From: a bacterium
GTDB lineage: Bacteria > Patescibacteriota > Microgenomatia > Levybacterales > UBA12049
DNA length: 64,000 nucleotides
Assembly (NCBI GenBank): GCA_021777565.1
Contig: JAJYDJ010000001.1
Span: 160,142 to 224,141 of the forward strand
Direction: 5' to 3'
Part shown: in pieces, positions 9,751 to 19,015 of the stretch
Numbering within the stretch: position 1 is the first letter of the stretch
Layout of the letters: each line of letters starts with the position of its first letter
The notes under the pieces: model-generated
What the model saw: the letters and a program-made list of their open reading frames with translations, nothing else
Databases searched by the model: none
What the model was told of the DNA's origin: nothing
Program-made: the position numbers and the translations under genes

Positions 9751-10980
9751 ATGGGAAAAGAAAAGATTTATCTAGGATTTCTCTTGGGATTTTGGTTATT
9801 ACAGCTCCTTTGTGGTGCTGGGCTTCTCTATATCGTTGGTATTAATCAAAATGCGTTACTCTTGCAAGATATACAGTCACGGCTTCATGATGATGTTACG
9901 TATCGGGATGGGAAGTGGGATACATATCGCTATAATGCAGATCCTTCAGTCCCCGGGAATGCGTATTCTGTCTATATGATTACCACGGATGGATTTGTCA
10001 TCGAGAGATGGCATCCAATTCAGGGACTTCTTGATACTTCTGATTTTAAACATTTACTCCAATTACAAACTCCTCAAACAATCACAACTATCACTAATCA
10101 AACTTGGCGTGTCTTTTCATTGCCTATCCAACAATCGGGGAGTGTTATTGGTGTCATTACGGTCTCATCGTTTACCCCAACAGACATGGACATGGGACAA
10201 ATTGATAGTGCACTTGAGGACAATGCACATGTTATCCTTGATCATTTGACGGTAAAAAATGGCATTATCTCTGCACGAAACCTTGATGTCAGGGCGATCC
10301 CATACACACTTTCTTTTCAAGTGGTCAATCAATTTAATAAAATTATTGTCAAAAATAATAACTTTAATAGTATTGATCGCTTACCAAATTTTATTGATCC
10401 TAGTTATGTCGATAACGCACTGCATAGTCCACATGAGCGAGTGGTTGCAGATAGTCTCACGGGTGAACATTATTATGTTGTTACCTCAGCGCTTACTGAT
10501 GCCAAGGGGACAGTGCGTGGCGTGATAGTGGTGACAAAGTCGATTAGCTATCTCTATCATCTCTTACTCTGGTACTTCATTGGTCAGCTAGGCGTAGGCA
10601 TCTTGAGCAGTGTGGTGCTCTCATGGTATGTCACTCTACATCCACTCACCCCGGCAAAGGAGAAACCGCTCACCTTTGTTCACTTTGATAAAAAGACCTC
10701 GGTCCTTTCCTTGAATGAATTTGACATGGTTATCCCTTTCGCTACCAATCAATATTATCTTTGTGAGGCGATTTGTGCCCATCCAAAAAAGAAATGGGAG
10801 GTAGGGGAGCTACTTGATCGATTTGGGATTGAGGCGAGCAGTGAGAATGCCCGCAAAGTGTATGACGCGATGCTGCTTCTCAATAAGAAAATTATGACAG
10901 TACAATCAAAGCGTCTGGTGATGATGCAGGATAGACGATATTTCTGTAATCCAGAACTTGCCGCACTGATTTCTTCATAA
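9751..10980 (+). CDS. Membrane sensor with double Cache-like extracytoplasmic domain and C-terminal winged-helix-like domain
   Basis: Two TMs flanking repeated Cache-like units (WRVFSLPI..IGVITVS / YYVVTSAL..RGVIVVT); C-terminus resembles an OmpR-type wHTH; no HisKA or REC. Confidence 0.6.
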   Translation: MGKEKIYLGFLLGFWLLQLLCGAGLLYIVGINQNALLLQDIQSRLHDDVTYRDGKWDTYRYNADPSVPGNAYSVYMITTDGFVIERWHPIQGLLDTSDFKHLLQLQTPQTITTITNQTWRVFSLPIQQSGSVIGVITVSSFTPTDMDMGQIDSALEDNAHVILDHLTVKNGIISARNLDVRAIPYTLSFQVVNQFNKIIVKNNNFNSIDRLPNFIDPSYVDNALHSPHERVVADSLTGEHYYVVTSALTDAKGTVRGVIVVTKSISYLYHLLLWYFIGQLGVGILSSVVLSWYVTLHPLTPAKEKPLTFVHFDKKTSVLSLNEFDMVIPFATNQYYLCEAICAHPKKKWEVGELLDRFGIEASSENARKVYDAMLLLNKKIMTVQSKRLVMMQDRRYFCNPELAALISS

Positions 10981-11035
10981 GCTGACTCCTTCGTGAGTAA
11001 CAGTGACTCACCTCACATTTAGTTATGCTAAAAGC

Positions 11036-11176
11036 ATGAAAAAAATAATGTGGGAGGTCGGTGCAGGGGTACTGTTAGTACTCTTGACTGTTTCTTTATA
11101 TCTGTGGCTTCCTGTCTCAAAAAATCAGGTGCAGTATGGAAGAACTGTTGTCCCTGTGCAATTACTTCAAAACTAA
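11036..11176 (+). CDS. Small single-TM protein (46 aa, MKKIMWEVGAGVLLVLLTVSLYLWLPVSKNQ...)
   Basis: TATGCT -10 exactly 6 nt before ATG; hydrophobic helix; below ORF-track cutoff. Confidence 0.55.
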   Translation: MKKIMWEVGAGVLLVLLTVSLYLWLPVSKNQVQYGRTVVPVQLLQN

Positions 11177-12433
11177 TAGATATTGTGCGTACCAAACACC
11201 AAGCATCACGATATAGGCAATCAGGGTAGGGATGGTTGCGAACTTTATGTATTTGGACATGGTGAGTTCTTTTACTCCGCTCATGACGGCAATGCCTGCA
11301 GCACTGCCCAGAAGCAAGATTGAACCACCATTTCCTATGGTGAGCGCTAAAAGGACCCAGAGACTTTGATTAGGCAGCGTGACGAGTTTCATAGTGACGG
11401 CAGTAAGTGGAATGTTATCAAAGAATGCAAAAAGGACACCTACCAGTGCTGATCCCCAGACGACGTGCATGAACTCTTGGGTCGCCCCGAAGATCATGCG
11501 TGAAAGTGCCTCAAGAATACCAAGTGCATTAAGGGCATTGGCAGCAAGCAAGATACCTACATAAAAATTTACTGAGGCGATATCAAGTTGTTTAAAAATA
11601 TCTTCCATCACATCAACAGAGGATCCTTTTTGGGTAACATTCTCGTATTGGAGGAAGAGCCAGAGTATACCTAAGCCAAAGAGAAGACCGATATAGGGAG
11701 GCAGGCCAATATTGTTGGCAAGGACTGGAAGGAGGAAGCTCACGCTGGAACCAGCAATAACGAGCTTATCTTTTTTGCTCAAGATGGTGGGATTTTCTTC
11801 TTTTTTTGCAATGTGATCGGAAGGATCAAGTTGAAAGTACAAGATCCCACATGATACCAAAAGGAAGGCAACTGCAGGCAAAAATCCTTCACGGATCACC
11901 GTGAGAGCATCATATTTCCCAGCAATCCACAAAAGTACCGTCGTCACGTCTCCAATTGGAGAGAATGATCCTCCTGCATTGGCTCCAATGACGATAGCAG
12001 CTGCCGCAATAAGCATGTTTCTCCCTTTGAAAAAATGTCTGGCGACCTGGACCATAAGCAGTCCGACTGTCATGTTATCAAGCATGGCTGAGAGGAAGAA
12101 ACTTCCAAGACTTAAAAAGATAAACTGTTTGCGTACATCGATGGAGAGTTCAAGTAGTTTTTCTTTTAAGTATTCAAAAAAATGATGACGTGCCATCAGC
12201 TCAACCAGAGCCATGGATGCTAGAAGAAACATTAAAATACCAAAAATTTCATTACCCGTCTGTTGAAATGCTGCCTGAACATAGGCATGAGATTTTCCCA
12301 TAAGTACCACAATAAGCCACAGAGCACCTCCCAAAACAAGGGCAATGGCAGCCTTACTGGTTCGGAAAACACGTTCAAAAGAAATCAGAAAAAATGAAAA
12401 AACAAAAAGAATAACGGCAATAACTTCTGTCAT
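11162..12433 (-). CDS. NhaD-type Na+/H+ antiporter (IT superfamily)
   Basis: FFLSAMLDNMT, GANAGGSFSPIGDVTT, DNIPLT, GNGGSILLLGSAAG. Confidence 0.88.
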   Translation of the reverse strand: MTEVIAVILFVFSFFLISFERVFRTSKAAIALVLGGALWLIVVLMGKSHAYVQAAFQQTGNEIFGILMFLLASMALVELMARHHFFEYLKEKLLELSIDVRKQFIFLSLGSFFLSAMLDNMTVGLLMVQVARHFFKGRNMLIAAAAIVIGANAGGSFSPIGDVTTVLLWIAGKYDALTVIREGFLPAVAFLLVSCGILYFQLDPSDHIAKKEENPTILSKKDKLVIAGSSVSFLLPVLANNIGLPPYIGLLFGLGILWLFLQYENVTQKGSSVDVMEDIFKQLDIASVNFYVGILLAANALNALGILEALSRMIFGATQEFMHVVWGSALVGVLFAFFDNIPLTAVTMKLVTLPNQSLWVLLALTIGNGGSILLLGSAAGIAVMSGVKELTMSKYIKFATIPTLIAYIVMLGVWYAQYLLVLK

Positions 12434-12451
12434 ACGAGGTATTATAGCAGC

Positions 12452-13252
12452 TTAGAAAGGGTTAAGTTGTTTGAAAGCCAACAACCCAGAGTGGAGTTTA
12501 CTTTTAACCGATTTGACTCGTGGCTTGATCTTGATGGGTTTGAGATTCATTGGCTTGAGCTTCAAATGGGCCGGAAGATTCATGTGCTGCTGGACTGTTG
12601 TGATGTATCGATAGGGGTATTCAATGTAGGGCATCAATTTTTTCCATCGCCGAGGAGAGGAATCCACAATGAGTTTGGTATCGAACTTAATTTTGCCGTA
12701 TTTTGCCAGATGAATAGAAAGATCAATATCTTCATGAACGAGCCGATCATTCGTGCACACTTCATTTTTGATCTTTTGCCACGCTTCTTTCCTCATAGCG
12801 ATATTTGGACCAAACATCACATCGTGTCCAAGCATACTTTTCACAGAGAGAAGGACAACATTGGCCGGCCATTCCCTTAATCTTAAAATCTTTGGAATAT
12901 CATAAAACTGTGCTGGGCCTGAGAGTCCAATCACATCGGGGTGAGCGGTCATATATCGCTTGATATGCGCAATCCAGTTGGGTCGAAGACGCGTATCAGC
13001 ATCGGTTCGACAAATGAGATCCCCAGTCGCAGCATTAAAGCCAGCATTGCGTGAAAAAGATGCTCCTGGCGTTTTTTCCTTTACCACACGTACAGATGGA
13101 AATTCCTTAACGATCTCAACCGTTCGATCTGTGCAGTTATTATCAACCACGATTACCTCATCTGGCTGCTCTGTCTGAGCAAAAACACTCTCTAAACAGG
13201 CACGGATGTATTGTTCTTCATTCCAGGCGGGGATAGTAAGGGAGACTTTCAT
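12452..13252 (-). CDS. Glycosyltransferase family 2
   Basis: IPAWNEE, VVDNNCTD, DAD, HEDIDL. Confidence 0.92.
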   Translation of the reverse strand: MKVSLTIPAWNEEQYIRACLESVFAQTEQPDEVIVVDNNCTDRTVEIVKEFPSVRVVKEKTPGASFSRNAGFNAATGDLICRTDADTRLRPNWIAHIKRYMTAHPDVIGLSGPAQFYDIPKILRLREWPANVVLLSVKSMLGHDVMFGPNIAMRKEAWQKIKNEVCTNDRLVHEDIDLSIHLAKYGKIKFDTKLIVDSSPRRWKKLMPYIEYPYRYITTVQQHMNLPAHLKLKPMNLKPIKIKPRVKSVKSKLHSGLLAFKQLNPF

Positions 13253-13276
13253 ACGCTCAAATATATTTTAGCACAT

Positions 13277-14140
13277 TTATTTGGCCAATATCTGCAGAAG
13301 GACCGATGGAAGCATCTCTTTAGGGGTTGCCAGAAGATAACTTGTCACAACAAGAAGAACAAGAATCAATGTAGGAAGTGGAAGAAGGAACATCCATGGA
13401 TTGGAGATGGTTATTGGTTTATTTGGGGCCACTCGTGCTGGTCCAGTCCCAAATTTGACCTCTTTGCCACGCCAAAGTGCGATTTGGTTGGCTATAGAAT
13501 AGCCAAAAACGAGTTTCATCATGCCAATATCGGTCATACGACGCATAGAAGTGTATATATACATATTGAGGTTATATTCTACTTTGCCAACTTTCTTCAA
13601 CTGAAAACACAGTTCCTGATCCTCTCCAAAGGTGCGAGTGGTATCAAATCCGCCAATTTTCTCAAAGGCGCTCTTGCGTACCGCGATATTTGGGAACAAA
13701 AAGCCTCGCTGGAGGAATTTTAATAAATACATCCATCCAACTGTTGCTGGATAATATAGGAAATTTTCCCACCAGTAGCTTTCCAGAGGGTAGAGCGGGC
13801 CCCCCACGGCGACAATGTCTGGCCGTTTTTCAAATGAGTCAGCCACGGTCTGAAGCCATGTCTTGGGGAGCACATAATCGGCATCGGCTCTGGCAATAAT
13901 ATCAGCTTTGGCGCCATAAAATCCTGCATTACATGCATGGGCATAGCCTTGTTTCTTCTCTTTGATCACCCTAGCCCCCATAGACTGAGCTATCTCAGAG
14001 GTTTTATCAGTACTGTTATTATCAACCACAATCACTTCATAGGGGCCTTTGTAGGTTTGCACTTTGAGTGATTCCAGCAGCTTCGGCAGGAATTTTTCTT
14101 CGTTGTAGGTAGGAATTACGACAGAAATGTGAGGTTTCAT
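13277..14140 (-). CDS. Glycosyltransferase family 2 with C-terminal TM
   Basis: IPTYNEE, VVDNNSTD, DAD, GGFD..GEDQEL. Confidence 0.92.
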   Translation of the reverse strand: MKPHISVVIPTYNEEKFLPKLLESLKVQTYKGPYEVIVVDNNSTDKTSEIAQSMGARVIKEKKQGYAHACNAGFYGAKADIIARADADYVLPKTWLQTVADSFEKRPDIVAVGGPLYPLESYWWENFLYYPATVGWMYLLKFLQRGFLFPNIAVRKSAFEKIGGFDTTRTFGEDQELCFQLKKVGKVEYNLNMYIYTSMRRMTDIGMMKLVFGYSIANQIALWRGKEVKFGTGPARVAPNKPITISNPWMFLLPLPTLILVLLVVTSYLLATPKEMLPSVLLQILAK

Positions 14141-14237
14141 ACAAGTCTACTTCGGTCTTTCTAGTATATCAGGGGTTTTTGCCTGATGCAACGAACTTCC
14201 CACATAAGGCTGATTTTGTTATACTACGTGTGTGTTT

Positions 14238-14309
14238 GGCGCGTTGGCGAAGTGGTAACGCAGGGGTCTGCAAAACCTCCATGCGCCGGTTCAATCCCGG
14301 CACGCGCCT
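14238..14309 (+). tRNA. tRNA-Cys(GCA)
   Basis: Acceptor GGCGCGT/ACGCGCC, anticodon loop CTGCAAA, T-loop TTCAATC, U73. Confidence 0.95.
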
Positions 14310-14352
14310 CAAACTCTTGGCTGAAAGGCACACTATTTGCTATAATGTGTCA

Positions 14353-14637
14353 ATGGGACGGATGGTGGAAAATGGAGCATATGCTCCACACCAAGAATTT
14401 GTGCAAACTGATGACGGATTTAGCGAATCCAAATTGAGGAAGCGAACAGAGACGGCACAGTCTCAAACAGATCCTCAGTTGGATGAACTCATCCTTCTGT
14501 CCCAAACGCTCACAAGTCTTTTGGAGCATTATCGATCACTACTTGTGACCGATCTGCACCAGGCAGCGAGAGTCCGAGAAGAAATCGCTCGTACTAAAGC
14601 ACGACTTGAAGAGCTATTTCAGACGATTGGAACATAA
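14353..14637 (+). CDS. Hypothetical coiled-coil protein between two tRNAs
   Basis: TGCTATAAT 6 nt before ATG 14353; the longer ORF-track version would overlap tRNA-Cys. Confidence 0.6.
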   Translation: MGRMVENGAYAPHQEFVQTDDGFSESKLRKRTETAQSQTDPQLDELILLSQTLTSLLEHYRSLLVTDLHQAARVREEIARTKARLEELFQTIGT

Positions 14638-14640
14638 TGC

Positions 14641-14712
14641 GGGCGCATGGCTCAGTGGTAGAGCGCGTTCCTGATAAGAACGAGGTCCTTGGTCCGATCC
14701 CAAGTGCGCCCA
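14641..14712 (+). tRNA. tRNA-Ile(GAT)
   Basis: Acceptor GGGCGCA/TGCGCCC, anticodon loop CTGATAA, T-loop TCCGATC. Confidence 0.93.
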
Positions 14713-14760
14713 CCCGCAATACTTCATTTTGCCTCCAGGATTTTTGTTATAGAAGAAAAT

Positions 14761-15123
14761 TTACTGTATCTCTTCGAAGGTTCCATCCAAGTGGATGTAG
14801 TAGAGTGACACGTGCAAGTTAGGATATTTCTTCAGAACTGTCTCACGTGCTTTTCTCAAGTCTGTAGCGTGTCTTTCTGGAGTACTTTCCGGGCCGTATG
14901 CACCGCATTCCTCATGGTGTAACAAGACAACATCATGAATACTATGCAGTCTGACAGAGATATCAATTTGTCCGAGAATGGTGTCTAACTCTTTTGTACT
15001 TCCGGCAAAACCTACGTAGTCATAGGTTTTGTTTGGCATATTCTTCTCGATCCATTCATGAATATATTTCTGGAAACGGAAATCAATACAACTAACGATG
15101 ATAGCGTCGCAGGTATGTGCCAT
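14761..15123 (-). CDS. Small beta-carbonic-anhydrase-like protein
   Basis: CIDFRF and HEECGAY Zn ligands; start MAHTC chosen from TACACT+7 nt. Confidence 0.8.
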   Translation of the reverse strand: MAHTCDAIIVSCIDFRFQKYIHEWIEKNMPNKTYDYVGFAGSTKELDTILGQIDISVRLHSIHDVVLLHHEECGAYGPESTPERHATDLRKARETVLKKYPNLHVSLYYIHLDGTFEEIQ

Positions 15124-15163
15124 ATGAGTTAGTGTAGTACTCATGAACATGTGATACAAGAGG

Positions 15164-15967
15164 TTATTTTGCGGATTGGGTCGCTGGTGCTGTGGTGACT
15201 ACAGGTTTTACAGAAGGCATAGGAGTAACGGTTGGCATGGTTAAGGGAATGGTTATCTGATTCTCAAGCTTGAGTACTGACTGAACAACACCTTTTGCGG
15301 TAACCAGGGATTTTGGCAGGATCTTGACGACTGTTGAACCACTTGCGGAGGCAGCTGGCAAAAGCTGCAGTTCGATAACGGTTCCTGCTCCTTTGACGGG
15401 AAGTTGTGTCGGAGTAATTCCTAGCGCATAGGTGAAATTACCGGTCTTCATATTCAGGTCTTTAAAGAGGACATCAGGATTGGCAAAGAAACTTGCAGGA
15501 GTTGCGGTGACACTTGAGAAGGCTGCTGGATCAAAGCTTAACTCTAACTGCACGGCTGTAACTTCGTTACCGCCACTATCAATGTGTACGTCAACAGTCC
15601 TCATTTTGCTTGAGCTGGTAGCTGGCTGCAGTTCAAGTGAGAGTACGGTCTGGGCTACTGGTGTGGGCGTTGGTTTTGGAGCGGTAGGCGTTTTTTTGAC
15701 ACTGCCAGGATATTGCGTGATAGCTAAATACAAAAGGAAGACAGTAATAAGTGCGAGCGCTGCAATAAAGAATGTTGTTCGTCGTGGGAGGGACATAAAT
15801 GATCCCGTTGGCTGTCCACCTACTGGTGGCATTTCTGGTGGCACAGGTGTTGCTGGAGGAGTCATTGGTGATGGCGCAGCAGAGGTCGAGGCCTCAGGGG
15901 TTGGAATAGCAGGCATTGTTGGAGTAGGGATAGGTGATCCACTTGGCGTAACTGGTGATGTATCCAT
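15164..15967 (-). CDS. Pro-rich membrane protein with cohesin-like domain
   Basis: Pro-rich N-terminus, TM, VDVHIDSGGNEVTAVQLELSFDP...GAGTVIEL. Confidence 0.75.
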   Translation of the reverse strand: MDTSPVTPSGSPIPTPTMPAIPTPEASTSAAPSPMTPPATPVPPEMPPVGGQPTGSFMSLPRRTTFFIAALALITVFLLYLAITQYPGSVKKTPTAPKPTPTPVAQTVLSLELQPATSSSKMRTVDVHIDSGGNEVTAVQLELSFDPAAFSSVTATPASFFANPDVLFKDLNMKTGNFTYALGITPTQLPVKGAGTVIELQLLPAASASGSTVVKILPKSLVTAKGVVQSVLKLENQITIPLTMPTVTPMPSVKPVVTTAPATQSAK

Positions 15968-16023
15968 ATATCCATCATAAAGATTGTTTTGACATTGTGT
16001 CAATATGATATAAAATTGAGCTC

Positions 16024-16968
16024 ATGAAGGTTCGTCAATCTGTTTTTGATACATACTGGTACTTTGCTGCAGAGAGGCAGAACATTTTTTTTAATAGGCT
16101 GAATGGCCGTGAGCCCCTGACACAAGATCCAATTTTTCAAATGTACAAGTTCTGTAATAGCTATCGGGCCAGTGATAGAGTGTCTCAGTTTCTCATTCGT
16201 GAAGTCATATATAACAAGCAGTATTCAGAGGAAGACACCTTATTTCGTATCTTTCTCTTTCGGCTTTTGAATAAAAGTGAGACCTGGGGGCTTTTGGAAA
16301 AGGAATTAGGTGAGATTTCTTTGCGCACCTTTTCTCCTGATAGGTATGCCCGCGCCATTGAAAGTATCTATGCAAGGGGAGAGATAGTCTATGGCAATGC
16401 ATTTATCTTGTGTGCGACCAAAGCATTTGGATTTGATAAAAAACATGAAAATCATATGGCACTGATGAAATATGTTTTCCGCGACACGGACTTCTCCCAA
16501 AAACTCTTGCATGCCACCTCACTGCAACATCTGTTTGAGACACTTCGCTCACTTCCCTTGATAGGGGACTTTATGGCATATCAGATCGCGATTGACTTAA
16601 ATTACTCGGATGTCTTTAATTTTGATGAAAATGATTTCACTATTGCTGGTCCTGGTGCCAAACGTGGCATTGCAAAATGTTTTGAAGATACGAATGGCAA
16701 AGACAGCGCCTATGTGATCCAGTGGATGGTTGAAAATCAGGATAAAGAGTTTGCCCGTCTGGGGATCAATTTTCAATCTCTGTGGGGGAGAAAGTTACAT
16801 GCAATCGATTGTCAGGGACTTTTTTGTGAAACCGATAAATATTCACGAGTCAAATTCCCTGAGCTTAAAAGTAATAGAGTACGTATGAAGACAACCTTTT
16901 CTAGGCATAGCAGCCAAATATCATATTTTTACCCACCCAAATGGGGGATTAATGAAAAGATAGGATAA
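16024..16968 (+). CDS. aGPT-Pplase1 / 5-hmdU DNA kinase helical-domain family protein (DNA base hypermodification family)
   Basis: FAAERQNIF, DPIFQMYKFCNSYRASDRVS, GDFMAYQIAIDLNYS, GPGAKRGI, DCQGLFCETDKYSRV motifs recognised from memory. Confidence 0.8.
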   Translation: MKVRQSVFDTYWYFAAERQNIFFNRLNGREPLTQDPIFQMYKFCNSYRASDRVSQFLIREVIYNKQYSEEDTLFRIFLFRLLNKSETWGLLEKELGEISLRTFSPDRYARAIESIYARGEIVYGNAFILCATKAFGFDKKHENHMALMKYVFRDTDFSQKLLHATSLQHLFETLRSLPLIGDFMAYQIAIDLNYSDVFNFDENDFTIAGPGAKRGIAKCFEDTNGKDSAYVIQWMVENQDKEFARLGINFQSLWGRKLHAIDCQGLFCETDKYSRVKFPELKSNRVRMKTTFSRHSSQISYFYPPKWGINEKIG

Positions 16969-16986
16969 GATTGCTATGATAGTGTT

Positions 16987-17109
16987 ATGGTAGGTTTCTA
17001 TGCACGAATGGTACTGATTGGGGGACTCGCGGTCGTCGGGTTTATCATAAGTCTTTTATTCTCAAGTCACTTTGGATTTTGTGTCCCAATAGGTGGCGCG
17101 TGTGGATAA
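16987..17109 (+). CDS. Small membrane protein (40 aa) ending CVPIGGACG
   Basis: TGCTATGAT -10 6 nt before ATG; one TM; stop 2 nt before next ATG. Confidence 0.55.
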   Translation: MVGFYARMVLIGGLAVVGFIISLLFSSHFGFCVPIGGACG

Positions 17110-17111
17110 CT

Positions 17112-17507
17112 ATGAAGCTTGAAACCAGTATCTATGAGTTTTTTACCGGCGTTTTTGAACTTGCGAAAGTCCCTCCTTCTCAACAACAAGATCTCATGGA
17201 TCAGCTCAGTAGTGCTTCTTTAGTATCAGCCGCTGCAGAGATGATAGGGCAACTGTCCCAGACTACCAACGCTAAAAAACAAGAGAAGAGCAAAGAGAAA
17301 CTTGACGAACTTGTGTCGACCTATGGCGAAGAGGCGGTTAAGATGGCTCTAGCCAGAGCACTACGTGCCAACACGACCATTACTCTGGTTGAATTTATGC
17401 AGGGTCTCAGTCCTGAAGAACAAGGAACAGTAACCACAGTAGTCAATGAGTTAAACATCCATGACGTGACCAATCTCCCCAAGAATTTTTTCTCACTTTT
17501 TGAGTAA
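17112..17507 (+). CDS. Hypothetical helical protein
   Basis: ORF from MKLETSIYEF; no recognisable motif. Confidence 0.6.
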   Translation: MKLETSIYEFFTGVFELAKVPPSQQQDLMDQLSSASLVSAAAEMIGQLSQTTNAKKQEKSKEKLDELVSTYGEEAVKMALARALRANTTITLVEFMQGLSPEEQGTVTTVVNELNIHDVTNLPKNFFSLFE

Positions 17508-17567
17508 TCAAACGGGGATACTATTTGATACATTGTCTCATGAAAAAAAACTCATTATGATAAAACC

Positions 17568-18896
17568 ATGCTTCAAAAGACTGATAAAGAAGTGTATGAT
17601 CTGATTCAAAAAGAAGAAGAACGTCAGCGTGACGGATTGGAAATGATCCCCTCAGAGAACTATACCAGCGCAGAAGTACGTGAATGCCTCGGCTCAATTC
17701 TTACGAATAAATATTCAGAAGGGTACCCAAAAAAGAGATATTACGGTGGAAATGAATTTATCGATGAAATCGAGATATTAGCGCAAAATCGAGCAAAAAA
17801 GTTGTTCGATGTTCCTCATGCCAATGTACAGCCATATTCTGGGAGTCCAGCGAATTTTGCGGTCTATGTGGCAGTGTGTGAACCAGGCGACAGCGTCATG
17901 GGACTCAATCTTCCTGATGGTGGCCATCTGACTCATGGGTGGAAAGCATCCGCAACCGCAAAGTTTTTTGACTCTCATCCCTACCATGTAAAGCCTGACG
18001 GTCATGTCGATATTGATGAAGCATGGAAGATCGCCAAAGAGTACAAACCCAAGCTTATTTGGGCTGGAGCCACTGCATATATGTATCAGTATGAATTTGA
18101 GAAGTTTGCCGAGATTGCAGATAGTGTTGGGGCTTACTTTGCTACAGATATAGCCCATGTTGCAGGATTGGTCGCTGCAGGCTCCCACCCAAGTCCAGTG
18201 CCTTATGCACATATCGTTACGACTACCACGCATAAGACACTTCGTGGTCCACGTGGTGGCATGATCATGGTGACTGAGAAAGGTCTTGCCAAGGATCCAG
18301 ACTTGGGTAAAAAAATTGACGCGGCTATTTTCCCTGGTATTCAGGGAGGTCCACACAATCATCAGACAGCAGCTATTGCCGTGGCACTTGAACAAGCGAT
18401 GACGCCTGCATTCAAAGAGTATGGCCAGCAGATAGTCACCAATGCGAAAGCCCTGGCAGAAGCCCTGAAAAAAGAAGGATTGACCTTGGTTGGCAATGGT
18501 ACGGAAAATCATCTGATTTTAATTAATCTTGTCCCCTTGATGGGACCTGGTGGAGGAGCACTTGCCGAGCATGCTTTGGGACTTATCAATATTACGATGA
18601 ATAAAAATACTATTCCTGCCGAACCAGCCTCACCTTTCTTCCCAAGTGGTCTCCGTCTAGGTACCCCGACACTGACTACCCGTGGCATGAAAGAGGATGA
18701 TATGGGTAAAGTCGCTCACTGGATAGCGGCAGCACTGCATGAGATTAAGGATTATCATATGCCTGAGGAGAAAGAAGCACGACCCAAATACGTCAAAGAA
18801 TTTAAAGAAAAGATTGAAGGGAATGCAAATCTTATGAAGCTCCGTCAGGAGGTTATTGCCTTTGCTCATGATTTCCCAGTAGAACCTACCCTCTGA
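17568..18896 (+). CDS. glyA: Serine hydroxymethyltransferase
   Basis: LTNKYSEGYP, GGHLTHG, TTTTHKTLRGPRGG. Confidence 0.98.
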   Translation: MLQKTDKEVYDLIQKEEERQRDGLEMIPSENYTSAEVRECLGSILTNKYSEGYPKKRYYGGNEFIDEIEILAQNRAKKLFDVPHANVQPYSGSPANFAVYVAVCEPGDSVMGLNLPDGGHLTHGWKASATAKFFDSHPYHVKPDGHVDIDEAWKIAKEYKPKLIWAGATAYMYQYEFEKFAEIADSVGAYFATDIAHVAGLVAAGSHPSPVPYAHIVTTTTHKTLRGPRGGMIMVTEKGLAKDPDLGKKIDAAIFPGIQGGPHNHQTAAIAVALEQAMTPAFKEYGQQIVTNAKALAEALKKEGLTLVGNGTENHLILINLVPLMGPGGGALAEHALGLINITMNKNTIPAEPASPFFPSGLRLGTPTLTTRGMKEDDMGKVAHWIAAALHEIKDYHMPEEKEARPKYVKEFKEKIEGNANLMKLRQEVIAFAHDFPVEPTL

Positions 18897-18940
18897 TTTC
18901 TGGAATTTACCCCAACATTTTGGTACAATAAGGCTATCTT

Positions 18941-19015
18941 GGTGGCTGTAGCTCAGTTGGTTAGAGCGTCAGTTTGTGGTACTGAATGTCGCGGGTCCGA
19001 ATCCCGTCAGCCACC
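18941..19015 (+). tRNA. tRNA-His(GTG) with encoded G-1
   Basis: G-GTGGCTG/CAGCCAC-C, anticodon loop TTGTGGT, T-loop TCCGAAT. Confidence 0.93.

Noticed and set aside
14179-14352. N-terminal extension of the 152-aa ORF
   Set aside because: Overlaps tRNA-Cys; the start at 14353 has a -10 box at the usual distance.
15989-16003. Palindrome TTGACATTGTGTCAA as an operator
   Set aside because: Adequately explained as back-to-back -35 hexamers of the two divergent promoters (15967 and 16024).
17778-18512. 244-aa antisense ORF (and similar long shadow ORFs opposite dnaB, tsf, uvrA and uvrC)
   Set aside because: Opposite well-conserved genes, no motifs; explained by codon bias.
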